A DNA stretch of 64,000 nt, taken from assembly GCA_964354755.1 (NCBI GenBank), contig CAYHBA010000005.1:13014-77013 (forward strand). The letters are read 5' to 3'. This DNA is from an uncultured Thermoplasmata archaeon (GTDB lineage Archaea; Thermoplasmatota; Thermoplasmata; SG8-5). Position 1 is the stretch's first letter. Each line of letters opens with the position of its first letter. Position numbers and translations under genes: made by a program. Positions 1 through 9,754 of the stretch are shown here, in pieces. The notes beneath the pieces are model-generated. The model was not told the DNA's origin, ran no database searches, and saw only the letters and a program-made list of their open reading frames with translations.

Positions 1-2134
1 TGACAACGAACCTGATGGTGACCTGCTGCTTGTAGAACACTGTCTCCGGGTCAATGGTCTGCTCGGAGATTGCCACGTCCTGCGTGAACTTGCTGGTGAT
101 GTTCCCGAGCCACAGTATGGCCTTGTAGGCGTACTGGCACTGCGTGGCTGTGTCGCTGATCCTGGAGAATTCCCAGGTCTGCGCCAGGATTCTCGAATCT
201 ATTATAGTGTCCGATGGATAATCGTCGGAATTATAGGAAAGAGCGTAAACCCTGGTGTTGGCGCTGTCGTTCAGCGCTATTCTGGGCTTGTCCGGTATGT
301 CGTTGTAGCCCCAGTAATAGGCAGAGTCGGTTCCTGCGACTCTCACCTCGGTATTGATTGGGATATCTGCGAAGTAATCGGTCACCGGGTGCGAGGCATT
401 TCCGTACAGCTCTGTCGGAAGCGGAGCGATATTGCCAGCCGAAGGAATGCTGACATGTAGATATGCGTTCGCGAAGGTTGCGAGGCTCGACGTGGTCTGC
501 GCTTCGGTCCAGAAGCCCTGGCTGATGAGCCATAAGCTCCCGCCGTTCAGACCGTCTATGACTGTGCCGTTGGGATTACCCGTAAGGTATTTTTGCAGGT
601 TGGCCACGTCGTCGGTCCTGTCGGACCACGGGGCATTGGACACGGTGAGAGTCTTGCTTGTCCGGTATCCGGTCATCCAGATGACCACGTCGTAATCCAT
701 GAGCGGGTAATCCCCGTAATTGTATCCGGGGCCGTCACCCGCGCCGACAATAGTGAAGTCGTACTCGAAGTCCGCGGACTCCAGCGAGGCGCGCATGAAG
801 GATACGGTGTCGCTGTCGCTCAGGTCATTGACATGCGAATCGTCGTCCACCAGTAGTATCTTCGGCATGACTGATATATTGGTGTAGTTCGTGTTGTCCG
901 TCATGTCCGGGTCATAGAAATCCGCGGTGACCGTGGCAGGGCTGACTTCCGCATAGACGATAATCATGTGAACGCCGCCGGGCGATGCCAACCAGGACAC
1001 CTTTGCGTCCTGCTGGCCTACCTCAGGGACCAGTATGGTCCTCGGAACCGTGTTGATGAGGCTGGCAGCGTTTAGGTAGTCCATGTAGAAATACACGTCG
1101 ACATTGGCGCCCTTCCCGCCCAGGTTGAGTATCGTGGCAGTTATCTCGACGGTGTCGCCGTTCGTGGGCTCCGGGTTGCTGAATGTGATGTATTCATATT
1201 TATCTGTCTCGGGATTGTTCCCCTTGACGACTATCTGGGGTTTCTCTCCCACAATCTGGCCGACCGGGAACCTTCCTGCAAACATTGACGAATGTCCTGT
1301 GATATCGGTCGCATTGAAGATGAACATGTAATAACCTATGGGTATCTTGAACGGGCCGTTGCTGTAGGCGACATAGATGTTGTCGTTCGGCGCGTCCCGC
1401 GAGTCAAGCACATCCTGGAGCTGTATGGGCGATATCGTGGAATTGAAGATGGAGCTCACATTGACCCAGAGGTCGCTCTTGTTAAGGCCGTTAACCGTGT
1501 CGAATCCCTCCGGGTCGACAATCTCAGCGTAGATCTTGAACTGCTTCTCGAACCCGATGGGGCCGTAATCGTCCACCTCCGGCGTGGCCAGGTCGCTGTC
1601 TATCCAGGCCCTCTTTATTATCGGGCCGTAGTTGTTCGCGCCCTCGCCCAATGTCTCGTGCCAGACCAGGGCGTTCTTCTCCTGGTCGATGATGGTGATT
1701 GTGTACACAGCGTTCGGGTCCAGTGCCACGGGCATTACTTCCACGTTGGATATTCTATAAACCCACCATTCCCCGACACCCCAGTTTGAATCGCCATTCA
1801 CGTCGGTCGAGTTGAGACCGTCAGCCACACCCTTAGTGAGCATCTTGTTGTCCACGGTTATGTATATCTTTATCCACAGTGGGTCCATCACCTGGCCGCC
1901 CTGGTGCAGCACCCTGAAATCCACGCCCTGCGTCCAGTCATCCTGGTTTACCGGCTTCAGGCTGCACTTCAGGTCCACGATGAAGGTCTGCCTCGGGGCC
2001 GGCATTGAGCCGACCATGGTGATTATACTCGAGAAAAGGACAACTGTGATGCTCAGCATCAGAATGGTCCCGATAATCTCGCTCACACCGGATTTCTCCC
2101 AAACAATCCGTCTCCTGATCATGTGTTCTGCCAT
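1..2134 (-). CDS. Large surface protein with archaeal type IV pilin N-terminal domain and CARDB/Ig-like domain(s); truncated by window edge
   Basis: Not in the ORF track. My translation starts MAEHMIRRRIVWEKSG/VSEIIGTILMLSITVVLFSS (class III signal peptide-like) and includes ITFSNPEPTNGDTVEITATILNLGG (CARDB-like). GAGGT SD lies upstream and the frame is open to base 1. Confidence 0.8.
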   Translation of the reverse strand, partial: MAEHMIRRRIVWEKSGVSEIIGTILMLSITVVLFSSIITMVGSMPAPRQTFIVDLKCSLKPVNQDDWTQGVDFRVLHQGGQVMDPLWIKIYITVDNKMLTKGVADGLNSTDVNGDSNWGVGEWWVYRISNVEVMPVALDPNAVYTITIIDQEKNALVWHETLGEGANNYGPIIKRAWIDSDLATPEVDDYGPIGFEKQFKIYAEIVDPEGFDTVNGLNKSDLWVNVSSIFNSTISPIQLQDVLDSRDAPNDNIYVAYSNGPFKIPIGYYMFIFNATDITGHSSMFAGRFPVGQIVGEKPQIVVKGNNPETDKYEYITFSNPEPTNGDTVEITATILNLGGKGANVDVYFYMDYLNAASLINTVPRTILVPEVGQQDAKVSWLASPGGVHMIIVYAEVSPATVTADFYDPDMTDNTNYTNISVMPKILLVDDDSHVNDLSDSDTVSFMRASLESADFEYDFTIVGAGDGPGYNYGDYPLMDYDVVIWMTGYRTSKTLTVSNAPWSDRTDDVANLQKYLTGNPNGTVIDGLNGGSLWLISQGFWTEAQTTSSLATFANAYLHVSIPSAGNIAPLPTELYGNASHPVTDYFADIPINTEVRVAGTDSAYYWGYNDIPDKPRIALNDSANTRVYALSYNSDDYPSDTIIDSRILAQTWEFSRISDTATQCQYAYKAILWLGNITSKFTQDVAISEQTIDPETVFYKQQVTIRFVV

Positions 2135-2245
2135 AACGATACCTCTTTTCCTGATGGTACTATATCTAAAGGATGATATTTATACATAACTTGGTTAAAA
2201 CCACATTTTAACCACAGAACAGGCAGGAGAAAGCTGATTATTGCG

Positions 2246-2296
2246 GCATGCCCCGGCTGATGCTGGCATATTAGCGGCTGTAAGGCTGGGGCATGC
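2246..2296. repeat. Palindromic intergenic element (GCATGCCCCGGCT...GGCTGGGGCATGC)
   Basis: Imperfect inverted repeat; similar to the reverse complement of 11204-11248. Confidence 0.75.
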
Positions 2297-2303
2297 GAAT
2301 GTT

Positions 2304-3278
2304 CTAGACAACTCTCTTTTTCGAGACCTTCTTCGCGGGCTTCGTCTCAATCTTCGTGCCGCATGCATAGCACATGACCGCGTCGTTGCTGATCATGGTT
2401 CCGCAGGACGGGCAGGGTATTTCCTCTTCGCCGCCGGCCGGGGCTTCCTCAGCCGGAGCCTCCTCGCTGCCGATCTTCGTGCCGCATGCATAGCACATGA
2501 CCGCATCGTTGCTGATCATGGTTCCGCAGGACGGGCAAGGCACTTCCCCCTCGGCTGCGGCTGCAGCCTCCTCTTTGACTGGCTCCGGTTCAGGTTCGGC
2601 CTCTGGTTCCGGCGCGGGTTCCTCTTCGGGCTCGGCTTTGGCTGTTTCGCCCACAGGCACTGGTTTCACGGCGCCGCGCAGCTGCTCCTCTTTGTCCAGG
2701 AGCTGTTGTTCCTTCTCTAACAGCTTTTTGGCGTCCTTCATCAGTTTGTCCTTATTGGCACCGAGTTCCTTTTCCTCCTTGGTAAGAGCCCTTTCTCTCG
2801 AAAGAATCTCTTCTGATTTGGATTTGAACTCCTCGAGAAGCGAGGCCATGTCCGATGCCGTGACCTTTGCCTTCTCGCCTGCTTCGATGAAGATCTTTCT
2901 CTTGTTGGCAATTTCGTCTTCGAGCTTCTTTATCTCTTCCTGCCTCTTCAGGATGTCCTGCTCTTGCGAAGAGAACTCCTTCTGCCTGCGTGTAATTTCA
3001 GCTTCTCTCGATTTCAGGTTGTTCTCTAGCTCAAGGATGGAATTCTTATGCGCCTCGAAGTCCTTCTGGTCATTCTTCAGTTTGGCGGACCTCTTCTCAA
3101 GGTCCCTCGTCTTCGAGTCAAGTTCATTTTGTTTGGAAGCCAGTTCCTTCTCATTGGCCTCGATGGCCTTGGTCTGTTCCTGGATGTCCAGGGCTTTCTG
3201 GCGGAGCTCCTGCTCTTTCTGCTTGAACTGCTCGGCCTGTTTCTGCATAACCTCCCAGATTGATGGTTCCTCACCCAA
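2304..3278 (-). CDS. Coiled-coil protein with two C-terminal zinc ribbons
   Basis: Long E/K/Q heptad region, PE-rich linker, then CPSCGTMISNDAVMCYACG twice. Confidence 0.8.
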   Translation of the reverse strand: MGEEPSIWEVMQKQAEQFKQKEQELRQKALDIQEQTKAIEANEKELASKQNELDSKTRDLEKRSAKLKNDQKDFEAHKNSILELENNLKSREAEITRRQKEFSSQEQDILKRQEEIKKLEDEIANKRKIFIEAGEKAKVTASDMASLLEEFKSKSEEILSRERALTKEEKELGANKDKLMKDAKKLLEKEQQLLDKEEQLRGAVKPVPVGETAKAEPEEEPAPEPEAEPEPEPVKEEAAAAAEGEVPCPSCGTMISNDAVMCYACGTKIGSEEAPAEEAPAGGEEEIPCPSCGTMISNDAVMCYACGTKIETKPAKKVSKKRVV

Positions 3279-3356
3279 AGGGATTCCTCCGTTTCACTTA
3301 TGATATTGGTCGACATGGATACTTTGATACATTAAGTATTTTTGCTATATGAGCGG

Positions 3357-4067
3357 TCATTCGCCCGTGTCAAATATCGGCCCAAGGACAACTATGCCGT
3401 CCTTGGCGACCTCCACGGCATGCTTCTCCATGCTGTGCTGCGAAGCCCTCATCTTCTCGACCTGGAGATACCTGACCAGCTTTCCGCGGTTCCTGTCGAG
3501 GCCCAGCATTATGATCCCGTCCACCAGGAAACCCTCGTTGCCGAGCATCTGCGATTCTCCGCCAGCGGCTCTTTCCATCACGATGAAGGCCGTGATATTG
3601 TTGTCCCTCAGCATCTTGAAGAAGTAGAACATGCGCTTCCGCATCTTCGAGACATCCTCCATCAGAGAATAAAGGGCACCCAGGGAGTCGAGGCAGAACA
3701 CGGAGAACTTGTCCCCGTACTTTTTCTTGAAGTACATTATCATCTTCTCGACGAATTTGATGTAATCTGTTTCCTCGCCCTGGTCGACTACCTTGTCCAC
3801 TTCCCTCAGGTCAGTGAAATCGGAAATCTGCATGTGCGGCGAAAGCTTGATTCCCAAGCTCTTCATGTTCCTGAGATGGCTTTTGGATGTTTCCTCCAGG
3901 GTGCAGTAAAGTCCGAACTGGCTCACAGATTCCAGGTATCTCGACATCAGCGTGTAGCAGAAGCTTGTCTTCATGGAACCCGGCGGGCCCGTGATGAGCA
4001 CCACGCAGGGCGGATCAATATCTGTCTTGAACACCTTTTCCATTCCGGGTATCGAGTTCTTGAACAT
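3357..4067 (-). CDS. KaiC/RAD55-family RecA-superfamily ATPase
   Basis: Walker A GPPGSMKTS, TLEE, Walker B FCLDSL, FLVDGIIML, VEKMR. Confidence 0.9.
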   Translation of the reverse strand: MFKNSIPGMEKVFKTDIDPPCVVLITGPPGSMKTSFCYTLMSRYLESVSQFGLYCTLEETSKSHLRNMKSLGIKLSPHMQISDFTDLREVDKVVDQGEETDYIKFVEKMIMYFKKKYGDKFSVFCLDSLGALYSLMEDVSKMRKRMFYFFKMLRDNNITAFIVMERAAGGESQMLGNEGFLVDGIIMLGLDRNRGKLVRYLQVEKMRASQHSMEKHAVEVAKDGIVVLGPIFDTGE

Positions 4068-4176
4068 CGCAAACCCCCAAATATTTATTGTCGTGGGCTT
4101 GAAGGCATTTTAGGATTTATACTTACCCGTGCCTCACGCTCTCGCCCATGCATATTCAGTAATTATTAATACCCAA

Positions 4177-5883
4177 ATGAGTTTTACCGATGATAATACA
4201 ATAGGTGATAATCTGGCAGACGGAGCCAATGTGCAAAAAAGTAGGACTTGCCCAGTATGCGACGAGGCTGTTCCGCCCGATGCCCAGGTATGCCCTTCCT
4301 GCAGCACTGACCTATCGCTTTTCTCAGCCGATGACTCAGGCGGCGACCTGACAGACCCCGAGGAGCTTAAAAGGTCGCTGTTGTCAGCAGAAAATGGGCA
4401 TGTGGCTGAGCTTCTTCACGCGGCCGAGGACAACCTCCCGCCCCTTCCTCCGAAACCGTCCGCGGCAGAGTCTGGCGAGTCCGCCGAATGCCCTGCATGC
4501 CACAAATCCATAGCCATGGAGGCAGTGAAATGCCCGCATTGCGGCGTCGAGTTCGTTATAGAAGAGGTGTTCGAGTGCCCGATGTGCGGAACGCTTGTGG
4601 ATATTCATGTCAATAAATGCCCCAGCTGCAACGCAGAGTTCGTGGACGAAGCTGAACCGGCCGCCTCACAACCCCCGGTCCAACATGCGGCAGCCCCGAA
4701 ACCGCCCCAGCCCGAGCCCAAGCTCGAGCCTGCCAGTTTCGTCGACAGGCTCAGGCAGATGAAGGATGAAGGCCCGTCAAAACCGGCTGAATCTGCCCAG
4801 CCCAAGAAGGAACTGTCATTTGCGGAGCGGATGAAATTGATGAAGGGCGACAAACCGGCTGAGGTTGCGCCCGCGCAACCAGCTCCGACAACCCCGGCTC
4901 GGCCCCCCTCCCAGGCAGCCTCGAAGCCTCAGGCACAGCCGCAGAAGGTTCCTCCGCAGGCAACCCAGGCAGCAGCCCAGCCCAAGAAGGAGGCCAGCAT
5001 CTCGGACAGGGTCAAGTCATTGAAGGATGGGGCAGTTACACAGGCCAAACCCGCGCAGCCGGTGCCGACGCAGAAACCGACCCAGCCCCAGGTTCCGACA
5101 CCCGAGGCATCTGTGAAGGAGGGATACAAGGAACTGCCTGTTTACATCGGCGAGGTGAAGAAACTGCTTATCATAGCCAATAATCTTTACATTGATGTTT
5201 CAACGAGCAAGGCCCTCATCAACAGGGCCGTATCGGCCGGAAAGACCCGGGACCTGGAGAATGCAGTCAAACTCGTCAAGGAGGGCAAGACGGGTCTCGA
5301 GAAGGACATAAGAATCGCAATGCTGTCCAAGCTCAGGACATTAGAAACGGCTCTCTCCCTGGAGAGGAAATCGGGCAAGGACACATCCCCGCAGGAACGG
5401 GCCATCAGCGAATCCAGGAAATCCATCGATGTGGCCGATTTCCAGTCTGCCATAGACACGATGAAAAGGTTGGAGAATCATTTGCTCAGCACTTCAACCG
5501 CCAACCTTTCCCAGGTGGAACTGGAGTCCGTATCCTGCGCGATGGCCGACGCAGACGCCCTTCACCTGAATGTTGGCGAGGCCAAGGCATTGTACAATGC
5601 CGCTGTGCAGGCCAATGCCCAGAAGGATTCACAGAAATTGGCTCAGTATTCAAAGCAGGCAACCGAAGTGCTCAACAAGGTCTTGCCCCCCTACATCTCG
5701 GCCGAGATGAGGAAGGCCAAGGTCACCCTGAGGGAAATCAAAATGATGAACGTGGACATCTCCAGCCCGGTGAACCTCCTGAAGGAGGCCAACGATCACG
5801 TTCTCAGTGGCAATTACTGCGCGGCCCTGGGTTCCATTAAAAAATTCAAGGATTTTGTCGATAGGGCACAGCAGCAGGGTTGA
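4177..5883 (+). CDS. Multi-zinc-ribbon protein with Pro/Gln/Ala-rich linker and helical C-terminus
   Basis: Six CxxC motifs (CPVC, CPSC, CPAC, CPHC, CPMC, CPSC). Start uncertain: 4177 ATG or 4231 GTG. Confidence 0.75.
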   Translation: MSFTDDNTIGDNLADGANVQKSRTCPVCDEAVPPDAQVCPSCSTDLSLFSADDSGGDLTDPEELKRSLLSAENGHVAELLHAAEDNLPPLPPKPSAAESGESAECPACHKSIAMEAVKCPHCGVEFVIEEVFECPMCGTLVDIHVNKCPSCNAEFVDEAEPAASQPPVQHAAAPKPPQPEPKLEPASFVDRLRQMKDEGPSKPAESAQPKKELSFAERMKLMKGDKPAEVAPAQPAPTTPARPPSQAASKPQAQPQKVPPQATQAAAQPKKEASISDRVKSLKDGAVTQAKPAQPVPTQKPTQPQVPTPEASVKEGYKELPVYIGEVKKLLIIANNLYIDVSTSKALINRAVSAGKTRDLENAVKLVKEGKTGLEKDIRIAMLSKLRTLETALSLERKSGKDTSPQERAISESRKSIDVADFQSAIDTMKRLENHLLSTSTANLSQVELESVSCAMADADALHLNVGEAKALYNAAVQANAQKDSQKLAQYSKQATEVLNKVLPPYISAEMRKAKVTLREIKMMNVDISSPVNLLKEANDHVLSGNYCAALGSIKKFKDFVDRAQQQG

Positions 5884-5890
5884 ATTCCGG

Positions 5891-8191
5891 CTATTTCTGG
5901 AGGAAGCTGACTATCTCCATCTCCCTTTCAAGTATTTTCAGGCCCTGTTCATCAATGGTCTCGGGCGTCACCGATGTTATGAATATGGCATCGCTTTCCG
6001 AGACCTCGTCGATGAGCCTCCTGAGGAATCTCAGCACGGCATCGAAGTTGTTGTTGCTGATAAGATAGTCAAGGCCGTCTATGAGCAGCACTGATTTCCC
6101 CGGGGAATTGAGGAAGTCCTCTATTCTGTAAATTATCCTCTCCAGAACAGGCATGACCCTGTTATCAGAATCGCCCTCCTTGTCTGTCAGCCACAGTATG
6201 GAGGCATCTCCGATGTCGAACTGCTCCCTCACGCGCTTCGGGTTGATTCTGGTCAGGGCAAAGCCCTTCATGCCCACGTTCAGATTGTCCACGAAGTACT
6301 CGAAGCACTTGACTGGTCTTTCCTCCTCGATGAGGTAGCTGTGGGAAATTTTCAGGCTCTCCTCCCTTTTGTGAATGGGCGCAATCTCCGCGGTGACCTT
6401 CACCTCCTCCTCCGGGACATTGTCCTCGGGCAGCTCGTCCTTGAGGGCCAATTTGGCTGTTTCGGTGGTGATGGGCACCTTCATGAGTTCCGAATAAGCC
6501 GCCAGGGTTTTCAGCGCCCCTTCCAGCATGCGGATGTTCCTGACGTACCTCTTTGCGATGTAGTACACGACATCGTCGCCCAATACGATTTTCTTGGCTT
6601 CCGCCTTTTTCTTGAGTATTGCCTGCCTCGTTTCAATGTCTGGCGGCAGCATTTCTGTGGCAAGGCCGGCGTCGAACCTCGATACCAGCCTCTCCTTCAT
6701 GCCGGAAACCTCCCTTATCGGGCGGTCGCAGGTCATGACAATCTGCTTCCCGTCCTTGTAAAGGGCGTTGAACATGTGGAAGAACTCGTCCTGCACAGCT
6801 TCTTGGCCAGCGATGAAATGCACATCGTCCAGGAGGAGGAAGTCCAGGTCCCTGTATTTCTTCCTGAACTGTTTCTTCTTGTTTCCTTTGATGGCATCGA
6901 TGAATTCGTTGATGAATTTCTCCGCCGAGACATACAGCACCCTCTTGTTGGAATAGTTCTCGGAAACATAGTTGCCTATGGCATGAAGCAGGTGGGTCTT
7001 TCCCAGCCCGGTGCAGCTGCATATGAACAGGGGATTGTACTGAGATGTCCCGGGTTTGGCCACGGCCGTGGCTGCGGACTGGCTGAATCTGTTGGATTCG
7101 CCCACGACGAAATTGTCGAAGGTGAAGTTAGGGATGAGGTTGGACTCCCCGATGGGCCGCGGCACATCGCCCAACGGCGAATTGTCCGCCCCGCATGTGG
7201 GGCATTCCATTTTCCCGTAAAGCCCTGCGCCGCACACCGTGCATTTGTCATCGTGCATCTTCTCGGGCGGGAAAATATCCCCCTGGCCGCCCAATTTTTC
7301 CTCCGCATCTTCCTCTGGCATTTCCGACTCCGAAACTGTAACGAGCTCCTGGGATGCCTGGACAGTGGAAGGCGATGTGGCTTTCTCCGGCGTCTCCGAG
7401 TCCTCGGCCAGGTATTGCGCCAGCTTATCCTCCCTCTTTTTGACCTTTTCAAGCTCTACCTTCAGTTTCAGCCCCTGGATGGCCGCCTCTATCGCGGTGA
7501 TCTTCGAGGGATTCTTCAGCATGGCCCTGATGCGCTCCACATCCGTGCTGAACATCTTGCAGTCAAGGGTTTCCATTTCTTTTTTGAGGAACTCGGCCCT
7601 TTCCAGATTCGCTCCGAACTGGTTGAAAGCCAGGGTTGCGCCGGCAGGGTTTTTCTGAAGCTCCTCCTCAAGAGGCTTGACAATGTATCCCCGCGACCGC
7701 CAGTCATCCAGCTTTTTCCTGAGTTCCTCTGGCGCACCGGCGATGTCCGCGGCCGCGGCCTGCTCCTCCTCCTCTCCCCAGGCCAGGGAAAAGCGTGTCC
7801 TCCTTTTGACCACCTTTTTCTCGGTCTTCACGACATTTGAGCTGGGATATTTCTGGAGAATATCGGATATGTCCAGCCTGCCATGGACCTCCAACAGGGC
7901 TTCGGGCTCGTATGTGTCCCCCCAGGCGAGCTTCAGACCCTCCTCGCCCAGCTTCGTGGGGACGAACCGACCTTCAGTCTGCCGCCCATAGATGGCCGCG
8001 ATGAGCACACCGTCCCTGATGACAAGGTACCCCTCGGAAGTGTAATTGTCGCGTTTCCGCTTGGTGAGCATATAGCCGGAGAAACCGAACTTCTTCAGCT
8101 TCTCGATGCTGAGTTCCAGAGCCTTTGGGCTGCCGTGTATGGTGCTCAGCACCTTACCCTCTGGGATGCCTTCGCTTGCGATATGCAACAC
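5891..8191 (-). CDS. Chimeric protein: DUF2226-like N-terminus, coiled coil, Zn ribbon, DnaA-type AAA+ domain, C-terminal DUF835
   Basis: DnaA domain III motifs FTFDNFVVGESN, YNPLFI, GLGKTHLLHAIGN, LLLDDVHF, EFFHMFN, RLVSRF, NIRMLEGAL. C-terminus SYLIEEE, LTRINP, WLT, LLIDGLDYLISNNNFDAVLRFL resembles DUF835. No DnaA domain IV. Confidence 0.85.
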   Translation of the reverse strand: MLHIASEGIPEGKVLSTIHGSPKALELSIEKLKKFGFSGYMLTKRKRDNYTSEGYLVIRDGVLIAAIYGRQTEGRFVPTKLGEEGLKLAWGDTYEPEALLEVHGRLDISDILQKYPSSNVVKTEKKVVKRRTRFSLAWGEEEEQAAAADIAGAPEELRKKLDDWRSRGYIVKPLEEELQKNPAGATLAFNQFGANLERAEFLKKEMETLDCKMFSTDVERIRAMLKNPSKITAIEAAIQGLKLKVELEKVKKREDKLAQYLAEDSETPEKATSPSTVQASQELVTVSESEMPEEDAEEKLGGQGDIFPPEKMHDDKCTVCGAGLYGKMECPTCGADNSPLGDVPRPIGESNLIPNFTFDNFVVGESNRFSQSAATAVAKPGTSQYNPLFICSCTGLGKTHLLHAIGNYVSENYSNKRVLYVSAEKFINEFIDAIKGNKKKQFRKKYRDLDFLLLDDVHFIAGQEAVQDEFFHMFNALYKDGKQIVMTCDRPIREVSGMKERLVSRFDAGLATEMLPPDIETRQAILKKKAEAKKIVLGDDVVYYIAKRYVRNIRMLEGALKTLAAYSELMKVPITTETAKLALKDELPEDNVPEEEVKVTAEIAPIHKREESLKISHSYLIEEERPVKCFEYFVDNLNVGMKGFALTRINPKRVREQFDIGDASILWLTDKEGDSDNRVMPVLERIIYRIEDFLNSPGKSVLLIDGLDYLISNNNFDAVLRFLRRLIDEVSESDAIFITSVTPETIDEQGLKILEREMEIVSFLQK

Positions 8192-8328
8192 CTGCCTTCT
8201 GCCTCACTGCCGGTCTAGGCCGGGTGGAATGAAGCCAAGTATTGAACAGCGTTATATAAGTTTTCAGTTGATAGGTCAACATCATATAAAAGTATAAAAT
8301 GGGGAACGTGTATAAGGGTGCGATAAGC

Positions 8329-8724
8329 ATGCTCACCGAAATCAGCGAACTGTTGGGAATGGAAGTTTACACAGACAAGGGAATAGCCCTGGGCAATGTC
8401 GACGATCTCATCATCGAGACCGACACCCAGAGGATAGACGGACTCTTCATCGGAAATCCGAATCCGCTTCTGGTCGAGCACTCCAAGCCTGTCAGCGTGC
8501 CCTACAGATGGATAAACAATGTCGGCGATGTTATTATACTCAAGTATTTCCCGAAATTCGTGCAGACCGGTGCATCTCCGGAGCGCGTGCCCAAGGTGAG
8601 GAAACTTGCCGATGAGATGAGGCAATTTGCCCATACTACCGAGGAGAAGCTTCTTCATGCGGAACATGCGGCCGCCGAGAAGCTGAAGGGCAAGCCCCTG
8701 TCAGAGGAAATCAAGGAAATCTAA
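8329..8724 (+). CDS. PRC-barrel domain protein (CdpB-like)
   Basis: ISELLGMEVYTDKGIALGNVDDLII...VPYRWINNVGDVIIL. Confidence 0.85.
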   Translation: MLTEISELLGMEVYTDKGIALGNVDDLIIETDTQRIDGLFIGNPNPLLVEHSKPVSVPYRWINNVGDVIILKYFPKFVQTGASPERVPKVRKLADEMRQFAHTTEEKLLHAEHAAAEKLKGKPLSEEIKEI

Positions 8725-9690
8725 TCAGATTTTCCTTATCTTGCCCATCATGGGTTCGTATATCATGCCTTTGTCCAGGAGTCCTTCCGCGGCACCGTCG
8801 AAAGCCTCCTTCTTCAGGCCTGCCTTCTTGGCAGCTTTCTCGAGCACATCCCAGTCGATTCCGGCGGCCTTGGGATCGGTGCTGGTTATGACCTTCAGCA
8901 ATTTCTCCTCATCGGCGGTCAGCTCCTCATCGCCCTCAGCTTCAGGCGCGGGTTCAGGTTCCGCGGCCGGCGGTGCAGGCGGCGTGTCTATGCCCTCCTC
9001 AACTTCCTCGAACTCGGGCGGTTCGATATCCTCTGTTTCCTCGGATTCCGGAATATCCGGGGTTCCGCCCTCCTCGGGTATGAGGTACCTCAGGCAGTCG
9101 ATGAGCATTGTATGGTATTTGTCAAGCGGCACATCCCCGTAATGGTCCCTTGCCCTGACTATGCCCTCTGCAAGGTTCTGGCCGTAACCCAGTTTCACCA
9201 ACGCCTCCGCGGAAAGGCCATCCATCTTGACAGCTTCCCCGGCTGCGTCAAGCCTGTGCCTGAGGCTTATACAGCTGTCAAGCACCCAAATGTCCCTCGC
9301 TGATTTTTCCATCTGCTTGACTGTCTCCGGCCGCACCGAAATGTACATGACCCCGTCCTCGGGCGAATACACCCTGACCTTGCCTATTATTGCGGCAAAG
9401 CCAGGGACAGTGAGCTTGGACATGGCCACGGCAGCTTCGGGCTGGAACTGGCCCGCCGAGATGTATGTGGTTCCGGTGGGGTCTATCAACTTGGCCCTCC
9501 ACAATGGCTCCTCGGGCGAGCCCATGTTCTCCAGGTCTGTCACGACGCCCACGATGTAGACGCGGTTGATCTTGGCCCCGAGCGGCGTTATGACATATGT
9601 CGGGGCGCGCTCCTCCTCGCCCTGCATGACCAGGGACGAATCGTTCAGCTCCCCGGCGAACACCCTCCACGCGACTTCCCTTGCGTTCAT
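8725..9690 (-). CDS. RPA-associated OB-fold protein (RPA2/RPAP-like) with acidic linker and probable C-terminal winged helix
   Basis: REVAWRVFAGE, RAPTYVITPLGAKINRVYIVG, DPTGT; directly downstream of the RPA gene. Confidence 0.85.
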   Translation of the reverse strand: MNAREVAWRVFAGELNDSSLVMQGEEERAPTYVITPLGAKINRVYIVGVVTDLENMGSPEEPLWRAKLIDPTGTTYISAGQFQPEAAVAMSKLTVPGFAAIIGKVRVYSPEDGVMYISVRPETVKQMEKSARDIWVLDSCISLRHRLDAAGEAVKMDGLSAEALVKLGYGQNLAEGIVRARDHYGDVPLDKYHTMLIDCLRYLIPEEGGTPDIPESEETEDIEPPEFEEVEEGIDTPPAPPAAEPEPAPEAEGDEELTADEEKLLKVITSTDPKAAGIDWDVLEKAAKKAGLKKEAFDGAAEGLLDKGMIYEPMMGKIRKI

Positions 9691-9754
9691 GCATTCACCT
9701 CCTGCTTCGCAGCAGGCTCTTCATGAAAGAGCGATTGATGGAAAGCGATTAGTT

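Noticed and set aside
1870..1878. Perfect DnaA box TTATCCACA
   Set aside because: It is a single copy inside a coding region (LWIK codons), I noticed no cluster, and the DnaA-like protein lacks the box-binding domain IV.
6341..7840. Long antisense and alternate-frame ORFs (also 2497-3303, 40575-41621, 43271-44404, 44822-45727 and others)
   Set aside because: They are shadows of well-supported genes in GC-rich DNA and show no recognisable motifs.
5891..8191. Calling this gene dnaA, or the contig bacterial
   Set aside because: Domains I and IV are absent, there is no dnaN/gyrB context, and the flanking genes are archaeal.
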